Shown here one piece after another: positions 26,601-37,900 of a DNA stretch of 64,000 bases. The stretch covers positions 1,922,001 through 1,986,000 of the forward strand of contig NW_027270892.1 in assembly GCF_040938485.1 (NCBI RefSeq), read 5' to 3'. The stretch's first letter is position 1. The number at the start of each line of letters is the position of its first letter. Below the pieces are notes generated by a model. The model was not told where the DNA came from and ran no database searches. It was given only the letters and a program-made list of their open reading frames with translations. The position numbers were made by a program, and so were the translations under genes. Source of the DNA: Diadema antillarum. Lineage: Eukaryota.

Positions 26601-29600
26601 AAAATTTTTGCAAAGAAGCAATTAGATTTTTCACGAAAATGAACAATTTGGGGTAACATTAATGATTATGCAATGCTAGACAGCCATCTACAAGTTGTGT
26701 TGACATGTATCATGTACATGTTACTATGATGGTCACTTTAAATAGAGAATGCTCTTTGAATAAAACATTGTTGTTTTTCAACTGAATGGCCTATTATTGA
26801 TTAGAAAAGATAACAGCTCTAAAATACCATTGAACATTGTGTTTCATACCCTTTACATGGCCAGCAAAACCGTGGGGGCCGTGGGGGCTTGGGCCCCCAC
26901 ATTTTTTGTGCACAATACAAAGAAATGCATAAGGTGTTATCACTTTGGGCCCCCACAATTTTTTTAACCCGGAAGTACGTAAGTGGCACTAAATAGAAAT
27001 AGAGATCTTGAAGTGTGAGCCCGGTACCTAGGTTATGTTTTTCCACTGAGGACCTCTTTGTGTGTGTGTGTTTTTTTTTTGCTTGTCAGCTGAACAGTGA
27101 AAAACCCAGAAATGGAAGGGGAGAGATGAGCTGAGCCGAGGACCTTTTTTTTTTTTTGCTTGTTACATTGTAGCTCATGAAACCCAGAAGTGGGCCCCCA
27201 CACTTTTGAAAACGCTGGGTTAAGCCTGCATGTACAAACATGTATAACTAGACAAAACTGACATACACAAGTGTGTAACCATTGCATACTTGCCAACATT
27301 TTGAAATCCTGAAGAGGTAGATTTTGCGAGGGAGCGAAGCGACCAAGCCCGAGCACGCTTGCGCGCGAGGGGGGGGGGTGTGGGAGGGGGGTGTCCCCCC
27401 TCCCGCGGTGTGGACTTTTTTTGTTTTTCAATATCAAAATATGAGATTTGGTGCACGCTTTTTAACCTTTTTAAAGGATTCTTGGTATTGATTAAAAAAA
27501 AGCATATAATCCATGTAAATCTATGAACTATTTTGTAGACTATGAAAATAAAATCAGACATATTGGTAAATAACTTTTGTAGGCTAAGCATATCAATGTG
27601 AAAAATCAAACATATCGTTATCACAAGTTAGATATAAAAATACATGTACGTTTAATACAATCACGTACAATGTACGTACACGGCCGGCCGGCTGGGATCA
27701 TGCCACGCCGTATGCCGCATCGGCCGCACCACGCACACGTGAGCTACCAAAACATTACTATTAAAGCATGGTTCTAGCTACACGTACAATGTACACGTGT
27801 ACAGTAAGTCTTGCACGCACGTAGATATGATAGACTAGTGCGCCACTGCAGTGTGCATACATGTGTGCATATTAGAAGGCTGAATACGGCGTTTTTGAGA
27901 AACGAGTTCCTTGAAATTATTATTAGTATTCTAATTACAATGTACTACAATTTTTGTAGCTTATTTTAGGGAATCAACGCACAATGAAGGGAAAATATGA
28001 CTTCTATTTCATTTTATGGTAGGTTTGCTACTAAATCGGTAGATTGGAAGAGAAAATCGGTAGCCGGTCAAAATCTCTAAAAAAGCGGTGGTCTACCGCC
28101 CAAAGCGGTAGAGTTGGCAAGTATGCCATTGAGTCAAGGGAATATTAAAGGTTCTACTGTTGAATGGCCCTCTACACCAAGTCTTAGACTTTATATGACA
28201 TCATCATACAAACATGTACATACAGTAGGTATTTTAAATTCAGGTGGTGTCTAGGTAATGATTTTCCTGGAACCGAGTGTAAGCCGATTGCCTGCAATGC
28301 ATTTTGTGATAGAGCCCTTACGCCACAGTAATTGCTAATTTGTAATTGTATTTGTATACTGACTATGACTTCTGCTTTACAAAATTTCATTTGCATATGG
28401 GTAGCCATACTGTCCTGTACTAGACTCCCGTTTGTTCAAGCATACATCATATACAATATAATTATGTTCGTCGACTACTGTATTTCCTCGCGTCGCTATG
28501 CTACATTGAATCATTTAATACTAAAACGCCGTATCTGAGGCTGGTTACTCAGTATGCAGTAGGCCTAGGCAGGACGCCGTGCGTGTATGATGCGATTGAC
28601 ACACAAGTGCGTGTGTATCTGTTATCATCAGCTACCCGCGCGCGCGGTTCCTAACTACACACACCTTCCTATACTGAGTACCCAAGGAGGTACAGTGTAC
28701 TTGCCTAGTACCTCCTTGCTATACCATTATCACATGTACACGTTTAGCGCTTCAGATCTTACGTACCGAGTGTTCTCACGTTGCTGGCAACGTGATTGAT
28801 CGCGACTCCGCATAGCGCATGCGTAAAATGCAGACACAATTTCTACGCAGTGTACAGTATCCAGTAGTACGAACGTACAATACACAATACGTATGGATCG
28901 GCATCATAAACAAGTAGGTTTGAAGCATGAGACCGGCCATGCCAAAGTACAGGTGCAGGTACGAGCGAGCGCGAGCACTTGTACTTGCAAACATAATTCA
29001 CACTTCCAATTCTGGCTGGTACAATTTATAACAGAACCAGGCACTACAATTAACATGCCCATATAGTAAGCAGAATCATCCCCTTCGCATAAATGCAGTG
29101 CACAGTTACACATGTATTTAATACTTGGCTTGATAATCGTAACAGTGCTGAATCGTAATCGTATCTCATCAAACTCCGATCATCAACTTGAATGGCGGTA
29201 ATATTTAATCAACACAGTAACAGTCGATCAGTCTACAGCTGTATGTAGATACGATTGAGCTCATTTGCTATTTGCTTCGCTCTCCTGCTCTTTACTTGGC
29301 ATTCACCTTACCAAAATTAGACTCGGATTAAAAAAAAAGGATAAAACAATTAATAAAGGTCCTATAGATCTATAACGTGAAACATTACTAAAAGGGAATT
29401 GAGAAGCTACTTAGTACTGTAGATCTACCGTCAAAACGACAAACGTTATAACTTTAATAGCGTGTTGGACCTCAACCACCCGTCGCTGTAAATTTATAGA
29501 AGTCGCCCAACAACTGTCCAATGACAATACGAAATGTCATCTCTAACGTTAGCCCGACCAGACACTGTTACGCTATGCGAAAACAGAGTCTGACGAGCGC

Positions 29601-31523
29601 GGCATGCAGCCTCAAAGTGAGGAACCTCAATACAACTACAAAACTTAGGAAAATGTATACTTTTCTTCTTTACACAGAATACTTTACTCACGTTAAATGC
29701 ATGTTTCTATTACAAAAGAACAGTTTGCCACACTGGGTCCATGGAGACAACTTGCGAATAGTCCGAGGAAAAAATAAATGACACTTTCTACCGCAAATCC
29801 TGACCATCTCAGGTTCGTCGTTGCAGGATTCAAAATGGCGCATTGACCTCTGCGAATTATGCGCATGCGTGACCGGAAGTGCTCCAGAGCGAGCGCGCGG
29901 CGTGTGCGTTGAAAGTGTCAAACAAACCTTGGCGTCTGCTACAAAATTAACCGTGGTATGGAGCTCAATGCTCCTCGCCCGACCAGACGCCAGCCGCCGT
30001 CGTCAAGCCCAGTACAGTTTATAGCTGTATAGTGTTGTACTAGTATTCTAAACCGTGCTTCGCATTGCGTCTGCATGGTGGTCGACAGCAGGATGACAGT
30101 CAGCAGTTACCATGCTCCATGCCATGCCCCACGCCGTGCAACTTTGCATTTCCTGTAAAAACGCGTTCACGCCGAAAAATGGTGGTTTTTACAGACATAG
30201 AGTGACAGCAGTAGCGTCCCCACGGACGTTTACTGCTGTCTATCGAAAGCCACATCATTATCATCGGAACGCTTTCATTTGCAGGTCATGCTACAAGTTC
30301 CTGATCCCTAAAACGCGCCCTGTGAAACCCGCGAAGGCAGGGAGCAAACGGGGTCATCGGAGGACATTGAAAACTCCAAACCCACATGGTGAGGATAAAT
30401 ATCACGGAATTCTACTAGACCCGTGTGTCAAAACATGACGTTAATTCCAGACCCTATATATAATTGTCATGACGCAACCATTATCCCAAAGGGCGCATTT
30501 GCATTTCCGTCAACTGTTTCGATGCACATTATATGAATGTTTTTTTGAAATAGAATGAAAACAAAACAAATCTTCCTTGCCGAAGATGTAGGCCCTATTG
30601 CAAAAATTAATGAGAACTCTATCAAAACATGGGTTCACGCTTTTTTCAACACTAATTCTACTCGTATAGGGGGTCGTGAGCTCTTACGTTATTTCGCTTA
30701 GATATGAGCGCATCTCATTTCACGTTGTATGTCGAACTACACTGTACTCTCATTCAAGACGGTGGTAACGTGGATATTTCGCCCCATGATGAGACGGAAG
30801 GGGAGCCATCCAGCACTCCGTCAGCAAAGCGGCAAGCATTGTTCCCCACACCGGGTCCGCTTCTCCGTTCCCAAGATCGCCAGATGAACCCGCTATGCCC
30901 CGTTGTGCCAGGTATACTCAATACCTTAATTATTCCAGTACTAAGACATACTAAAATTAAGACCAGCAAACACCACCCCCCCCCCACACACACACTAAAA
31001 TAATAATGATAAAAAACAATATATGTATATTTTATGTATATAAATCAAAACATCCACACAATGTACCAAGACCGTGTAGGGGGAGTGCTTGCGCCCATTT
31101 TTTTCCTTTTAATTTTGTTTAAACAAAAAAAAAGGGGGGCGCGCACGATGCCCCCCCCCCCCCATCCGCTACTGCTCAGAAACAGATTTTCTTTTCCCTT
31201 GTTTATAAGACACAGTTTAAGTTACATTTATGCAAGAGAATTAACGTTCTAAGTCATTGTTCTCAAGCCATTTGTTATGGGGAATTCAATAACAATCAAA
31301 ATCACTTCTTGTGTATGTAAAAAATACTCTCAGAAGATAAAGATGTAACAATAACAAATAGAAGAGGTGGTAATAGGGCCTATATTATGAAAGAATATAG
31401 CACCTACCATATCTGCAGTTAAAGGGAACGCAAACCCAAAGAGTGATGTGGATGGAGTGAAAGCAGCATTATTAGTAAAACACGTCAGTGAAAGTTTGAG
31501 GAAAATATAACAATCGATGCAAT

Positions 31524-31569
<46 letters not shown>

Positions 31570-31878
31570 GAGAGTATTAAGGAGGCGGTAGACGTTGCTT
31601 AATTGAATCCTCACAAGTGATTTTACTTCAAGCTTTCGGGCTTTCTGCCCTTTGTCAAGACTGAGGACAAATCGGACAAAATACAAAACATGGATATCAT
31701 ATATACAAACAATAATGATCAAAACAATAGTAAAAATAATGATAATAATATTTTTGTATATGTAAATATACAATACTGTATATACAGAAGCAACGTCTAC
31801 CGCCTCCTTACTCTCGTTACACACATTCCAAAAAGATGCGACGACCCAGGGGTTCAGTAGCTGAAGACGCACGTCTCA

Positions 31879-31917
<39 letters not shown>

Positions 31918-34900
31918 AGTTTTGGTGTTGGAACCGCTGTTTGAGGAGATAAGAAAAGGTTATGACGTATGAGTGGACAACAAAATACAGAACATAATGA
32001 AAAATATTCAACAAAAATTCCCTTTTTAAGTACTATGAAAGAGCACTCCACTATTTACGCTTTCAGAAAGCAGGAAGAATAATTAATACCCATAACATAT
32101 GTCAGTACAGCAAGTTGATGGAATTTCTAATTTGCATGAAAACAAAATTGTGGGATTTTCTTTTAATTTCCTTATTTTGTTGTCTACTCATACGCCATAA
32201 CCTCTAGTAGTCTCCTCATCCAGCTGTTCCAACAACAAAACTTCAAAATGTGTTACTTTTGCATCGATTGTAAGATTTTCTTCTGATGTGTTCTATAATG
32301 CTACTGCTTTCGCTCAATCCACGTTGCTCTTTGGGTTTGCGTTCCCTTGAGCCTACACTAATCTCGTCATCAATTAGATGCAGCCTAGATGTAATTACCA
32401 GAATTGTAGGCCTTAATTGACAAGCGGTAGAAGGGTATCTTGAATTTTCCCGACTCTCTTCTTTAATTTCATTTCATGTATTTTATTTATTTTTTTGGTG
32501 GGGTGGGGGCAAGTTTCACAAGATACCTGTATTCTTTAATATGGACTACACATAATGTGTTTGTTGTTGAGAGAGTGATGTTCGCCCTAAGAAATAACGA
32601 TAGAAAAATCCTAGGAATGGCATCATTTTGGTCTTCGCTAGTTTTGATTATAGTAGACTAAGCGCCCAACGAGATAACAACATCGAGCTGTATGGTGCCA
32701 TTGTCGTTATTTTTGTTCTTGAGCTGAGATTAGTCTCCATTTAGGCACATACGATTTCCATAGCCCAGATCATACTGGCTAAAAGCGACAGTGATGCTGA
32801 AGGTTTGACATTAATGCTATTTGTCATCGAAAAGTCCGTGGCGTATCTGCAAATATCCTCACCTGATTTCGATCTTATACAGACCAAAGAAAACAGACAG
32901 TTTTCAATTCTATTGTCTGATCTACTATTAGCTATACGAAAGAAGCATCATCTAGCATCAAAGCGCATCAAGGCTTAAATTCGATAACATGTATAAAGAT
33001 GTATTTAGACATGTATTAAAAGTAGAAACATTACAGAATCAATCTAGACAGCTTATTGAAAATCGTTGTGAACATGCATAACAAACGCCAATTATCAATT
33101 TCACAACAGATGGCGAAATTGCCCACGAGAACGTAGGTCCGCCGACTTCACCTACAGCTCTTCTTCAAAGAAAACAAAAAGATGCCGGCGTGCAGACAAA
33201 CTATCCGCCCTCATCATTTCTTCCACACGATGGAGAGCAGTCACTCAGCAGTGAACTGGACGATGATCTTCCTTGTCTACTACCTGAATGCACCGCCGGA
33301 CCAAAAACGCCGAAAGAGACGGCTATAGACTACATCGAAGTATCGAAGTATCGGCTTGCGTTTAGACTCTTATGTTTGAGTTACCCAGCGGCAAAGAAGG
33401 CACTGTCAACAGTGACGCAGGAAATTATAAAGGAAGAAGTAAGAGCACAAAATAAAAACAAAGTGCTACTGTATAGTCAAACAAATTTACATGCGTCTCA
33501 TTTTGATGAACATGCACAAGACAGCAATACTTATTCATTTTGCTCCAGTCGGCCATTTCTTTTCAGTCAAGAACATCCTTGTCATGGAAATTACATTCAT
33601 AATAATTGGAATTCTGTTTTACGTGAATTGGGTGATTACAAGATTGTAATGATTCTAACTTCGGTCATGTCATTATTTGGCTGCAATTTAGTGAAAATGG
33701 TACTTGCCCTGCCGTTTGTTTGTATTTATCAGGTTGGTTTTTTTTTTTTGGACATGTTTTATAGATGTGGTAGGTTCCTACGTGGATGTAGTTTGTCTTA
33801 AAAACAAATACTTCACTTAATAGTTGATATAATAAGTCAGTAGTTCACAATGGCAGCTCCCATTCAGTATGCTTTCCATATTTTCACCGACGTCAATTTG
33901 CTTCTTCTTTTTTATTCTACATAGGTGAAATCCATGAAGCGAAACAACCACAAAAAGAGTGGTTTCAGCCAGCCAATATCATTGGAACGGGTTGAAGAAT
34001 TCCGTTGGGAGAAACTCCTTGATGAAACGGAAAAGGTCATGCCGGTTGCCATTAGCTCCATGTCAGCCATGATGCCATCTATCAAAGAGGTCAAGGCAAA
34101 CAACGGAAAAATCAAAGGAAAGAAAGGCGCAAAGAGGTAAAGAAGAAACGATAGACAAATCATATAAACATGTAATTTAGTGTGGATAACAAATTTGTTA
34201 TTATTATTCGCAAGGTCAGTTTTAATTGCGTTAGCAAAATCATTATGTTTATGTATATTATTATATATTTGTGTGTGTGTGTGATAGGGAAAAAATGATT
34301 CTTGCATGGATATGCCAAAAAACCGCTTGCTCGAGATATAAAATTGCAAAGCACCTTCCAAATGAATTCGTTATAAAGTGGTGACACATTAAATGAATTA
34401 TTCAGAGTTTCAGAAGGCGCAATGAAGGATGAAAACTGTGACATGCCGTTTCATATTCTGCATTATCTCGATGCACATACAAATAGTTGTTATATTCGCA
34501 ACTTGCTGTTCTCTACTTTGCCCCTAACCAGAATTTTCAAGTAATTATACTCTTTTGCGAATTGATCGCCTCTTGTACATAGTTATTAGTAAACGAAATG
34601 TAAATTAGGGAAAAGAAAACAATAAGGATATAAACAGAATGGGGTGCAATATGAATATTATTTAATGAGAACTTGAAATGCGCGGACGTGAGTCCCCAAA
34701 GCGCAGTGCAAAAAAAAATATATATATATAAAAAAAAATAACTTCAAAATTTCGAATCTTCACATTCATGCATAAGAAATAAACAATAGGAGGAACAAAA
34801 TAACTTTTGTTTATCCACCAAGGTGTGTTTCTGACGATGAAGCCAAGGTATTCATTACTCGACGACTGGGTCAAATGGTAGCAATCGGAATGTTCTCGCA

Positions 34901-37900
34901 GGCACCACGCATATTCAAGTTTGTGCAGACATGCATGGGCATCGAGCTATGGCGGCAAGGAGTGTCCCAGAAGGTGTTCAAGACACTGAATCATAGTGGT
35001 ATCACCATCAACGCAAATACCGTGAGGTTACACGTGGATGTTGTCGCGCAAAATCATGACCAGCAGCTGAAAGAGTGGAAGAAGACGGTCGAGGTGATGC
35101 GCTCGTGTGTTCCATTATTTTACACTCTTGTTTCTAATTTAGACCCAATTGTTTTACAGCTAATGTTAAACCAGGGAAGTTGAAAGGTAACGTTGAGAAT
35201 GCACTCAGGAATCCCATAGGAAATACTGAACAAATAGCAACGTACATCTACCTCAATTCTTGGAACTTTGGACTACAAGTACTACTAAAAGGGGCCCAAA
35301 AAATAATAACGTAGAATACTAGAATGAAAAGTTTGGTATTGATCAAAATTACCATCCTTAGTGGATAGATAATGATATATTACGCTCTGCCTATATTTTC
35401 CCCGTTGTATTTTACCAGTTGCATGTTGAAAATATTGTTATTGCGTGTTTCAAGACCTCCTGTCCATGCGTTACGTGATCCACTGACTCAACTCATGCAC
35501 ATACATGGTATTTGTTAATTTACTCCACAAAAGAAAAGTGAAAAAAAGGGGAAAAAAATGTATTACTTTTAATTGGCAAAATATCCCTCCACACAGGAAT
35601 TGCCAACGAAGACAACTCGCCGGAAGCTAAAATTCAGTCCTTCTGCTCCAACGTTTGGGCTGTGCATTGATAACGTGCAGAAGGGAACAGAATCAAAGCA
35701 CCAAGGACTGACACGGGGTAACAAGTTCTTCCTGCAAACCATGTGCTATGCGGCCAAAGACAGGGTGCCACCTCCGATGTCTTCATCCACAGTGCTGGAT
35801 GCCGAAACCCTGGACCCCTTTGTGTTCTTGCCCTCTCCGGACGTCATGGCCAGGCACCGAATGCGCCTAGTGGATGTAGTGGCCAGCATCATGGGGAAGC
35901 ATATGACGTACTTGGAGGATTTATCACGCCACCTCCCCATCACCCAAGAGCATGAAGAGAGTGCCGCTATGTCGAAAAAGTCTGAAATGGTAAGGGAATT
36001 TGTGGAGGCCCAAGCTCCATCGATATGATTGTTGATATCAATAAATTGAGAAAATTTCCATAAGTTATTAATCAAGGTTTCAATATTGGTTAAAAGAAGA
36101 ATCAAAACATAGCTTTCTGGCATACATTAAAAGACAAGCTATTCCTCGATTTAAACAGTAGGACGGCGTGCCCCTCAACCACAATAAGAAAATTGTCCGA
36201 AGATAAATTTAAACTGTCAATTCACTTTTAAAATTGAAAAATTATATGACAATACTTTGAGGGGACTCATATATTTGCCATTCGGGTAATGTAAACGTCA
36301 ATTTTATCCCTGTCCTAGGTGACATTGGGTGTTGTAAACGCTAATCCCAGCACAACACAAGGGATGGTAACAGTGTTACAGCATCTGCAGCAGTATGTTC
36401 CCGAGAAGAGGGGAAGCCCCATTCAGACCCTCGTCAGCGGCGACGGATTGACCATCGAGCGCATCCTACATGCTCAGCGGGCGAGATCGAATGGAGAGAA
36501 CTGGAAGGCCCGACTGGATGCATTCACTCCGGCACCCCAGGAATTTCACAAGGAAATTCTACTTCTGCAGGTATGTCTAACTCTCGTGAAATAAAAGCTA
36601 TGAAAGAATAGACACGAACAACTGATTAATTTCACCATGTTATTTATTATCTTCGCTCCATCCAAGCGAAGAATGATTACGTAAAGCCTGCATTGTACTG
36701 ATAGTGTACAAAGTTGTTTGGCCTATGTTTGTTTTGACACATTATGATCAAAATGTTATTGGTACTACAAAAGCTGCTTCATAACAATGTTTTCTGAAAT
36801 TTTTCTTTCGAATCAAAATATAGACGTTACCATAAGAACTGCTTCCCACATTATTGATAGACAGATATTTCGTGTCAGGTCCATTACAAGTAATACTCCG
36901 ATCTACGTTACACAACTTTGATATCATCAGTTTGTCTGTACTATGTGACATTTCCCAGAGACAATCGAGAAAGGACGAATGAATAATACCGAGAACAATT
37001 ATGTCTGTTCTTTAACGAACACCGGCCACGCGTTGATACAGCTACGAAGCATGATACACAAACAGATGTTAAAGTCATTATATAGTTTTGGTAGAGAACT
37101 AACTTCAAGTTTCTAACATTTTTTTGGGCGACAAAATGCGAAGCAAATTTTGGAATATAAAAGAGCATGTAATTCCAAGAGAATTTACGTGTTTTTTCAT
37201 GAAAATTGGTCATTATATGACTGAGTCACCACAAACAGCAATCCTAATAAAAGGTGGGATGGCTTTGTTCTACGTTGTTTTTGGATGTCTCAGCCATTCC
37301 AAAACAGATTTTGATCGAATGAACTTTCAATTCCTCTTAGACGTAGATATACTCTGTACTCTTTCGTGAAGTGCATGATTTCTCGATATCTCGCAAAAAG
37401 GTGAAAGCCCAATCCTCAGTTCCACCAATATGCCAAACCATCCCTTAACAGAGTGACTGTTTCTGCTAACTAATTATTCAAAAGAACCTATCATTTCAAC
37501 ATAATTTCCTCCTTGTCAAGGACTCAAACAACGTCTTCTTTCGAGGGAAAAGCATTTCTGCCAAAGGGACAATCGCACAGTTGAAGTACGATTACAACCA
37601 CAACTCTTTCCGGAAAGACGTTATGCAAAATGTTCAGCATACCTGGGATATGTATGAGGTAAGACGTTTCATAATTAGCAATTTTAGAGTGGAATGTAGG
37701 GATGACAAGACAGGGATAGGTCACAACCTGTATCTATAGTGTGTAATAGAGGGTGACAGTGTATTTTTGCTCTAATTTCAAAGAAAATGAAACATAATGA
37801 AATGGATGCAACGGAATTTATATAGTATACTCAGTATAGTAAAGCGAGATTAATGATGCATAGGGCAGAAAATGGGGAATCACAAATTTAATGAATGGTA

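Noticed and set aside
28540-29100. HLF first coding exon in this CpG-rich patch
   Set aside because: No ATG-to-donor combination gave a PAR-family N-terminus. The exon at 47611-47731 fits motif and phase, and this patch is its original intron neighbourhood.
29541-29551. 11-bp TSD (CTCTAACGTTA)
   Set aside because: The miniatures start with TA/TC and their right flanks do not extend the match, so the TA belongs to the element and the TSD is 9 bp.
32761-32781. TAGCCCAG-ATCATA-CTGGCTA mini-palindrome as an Academ relic
   Set aside because: Too short, with no TSD or AGTTA end.
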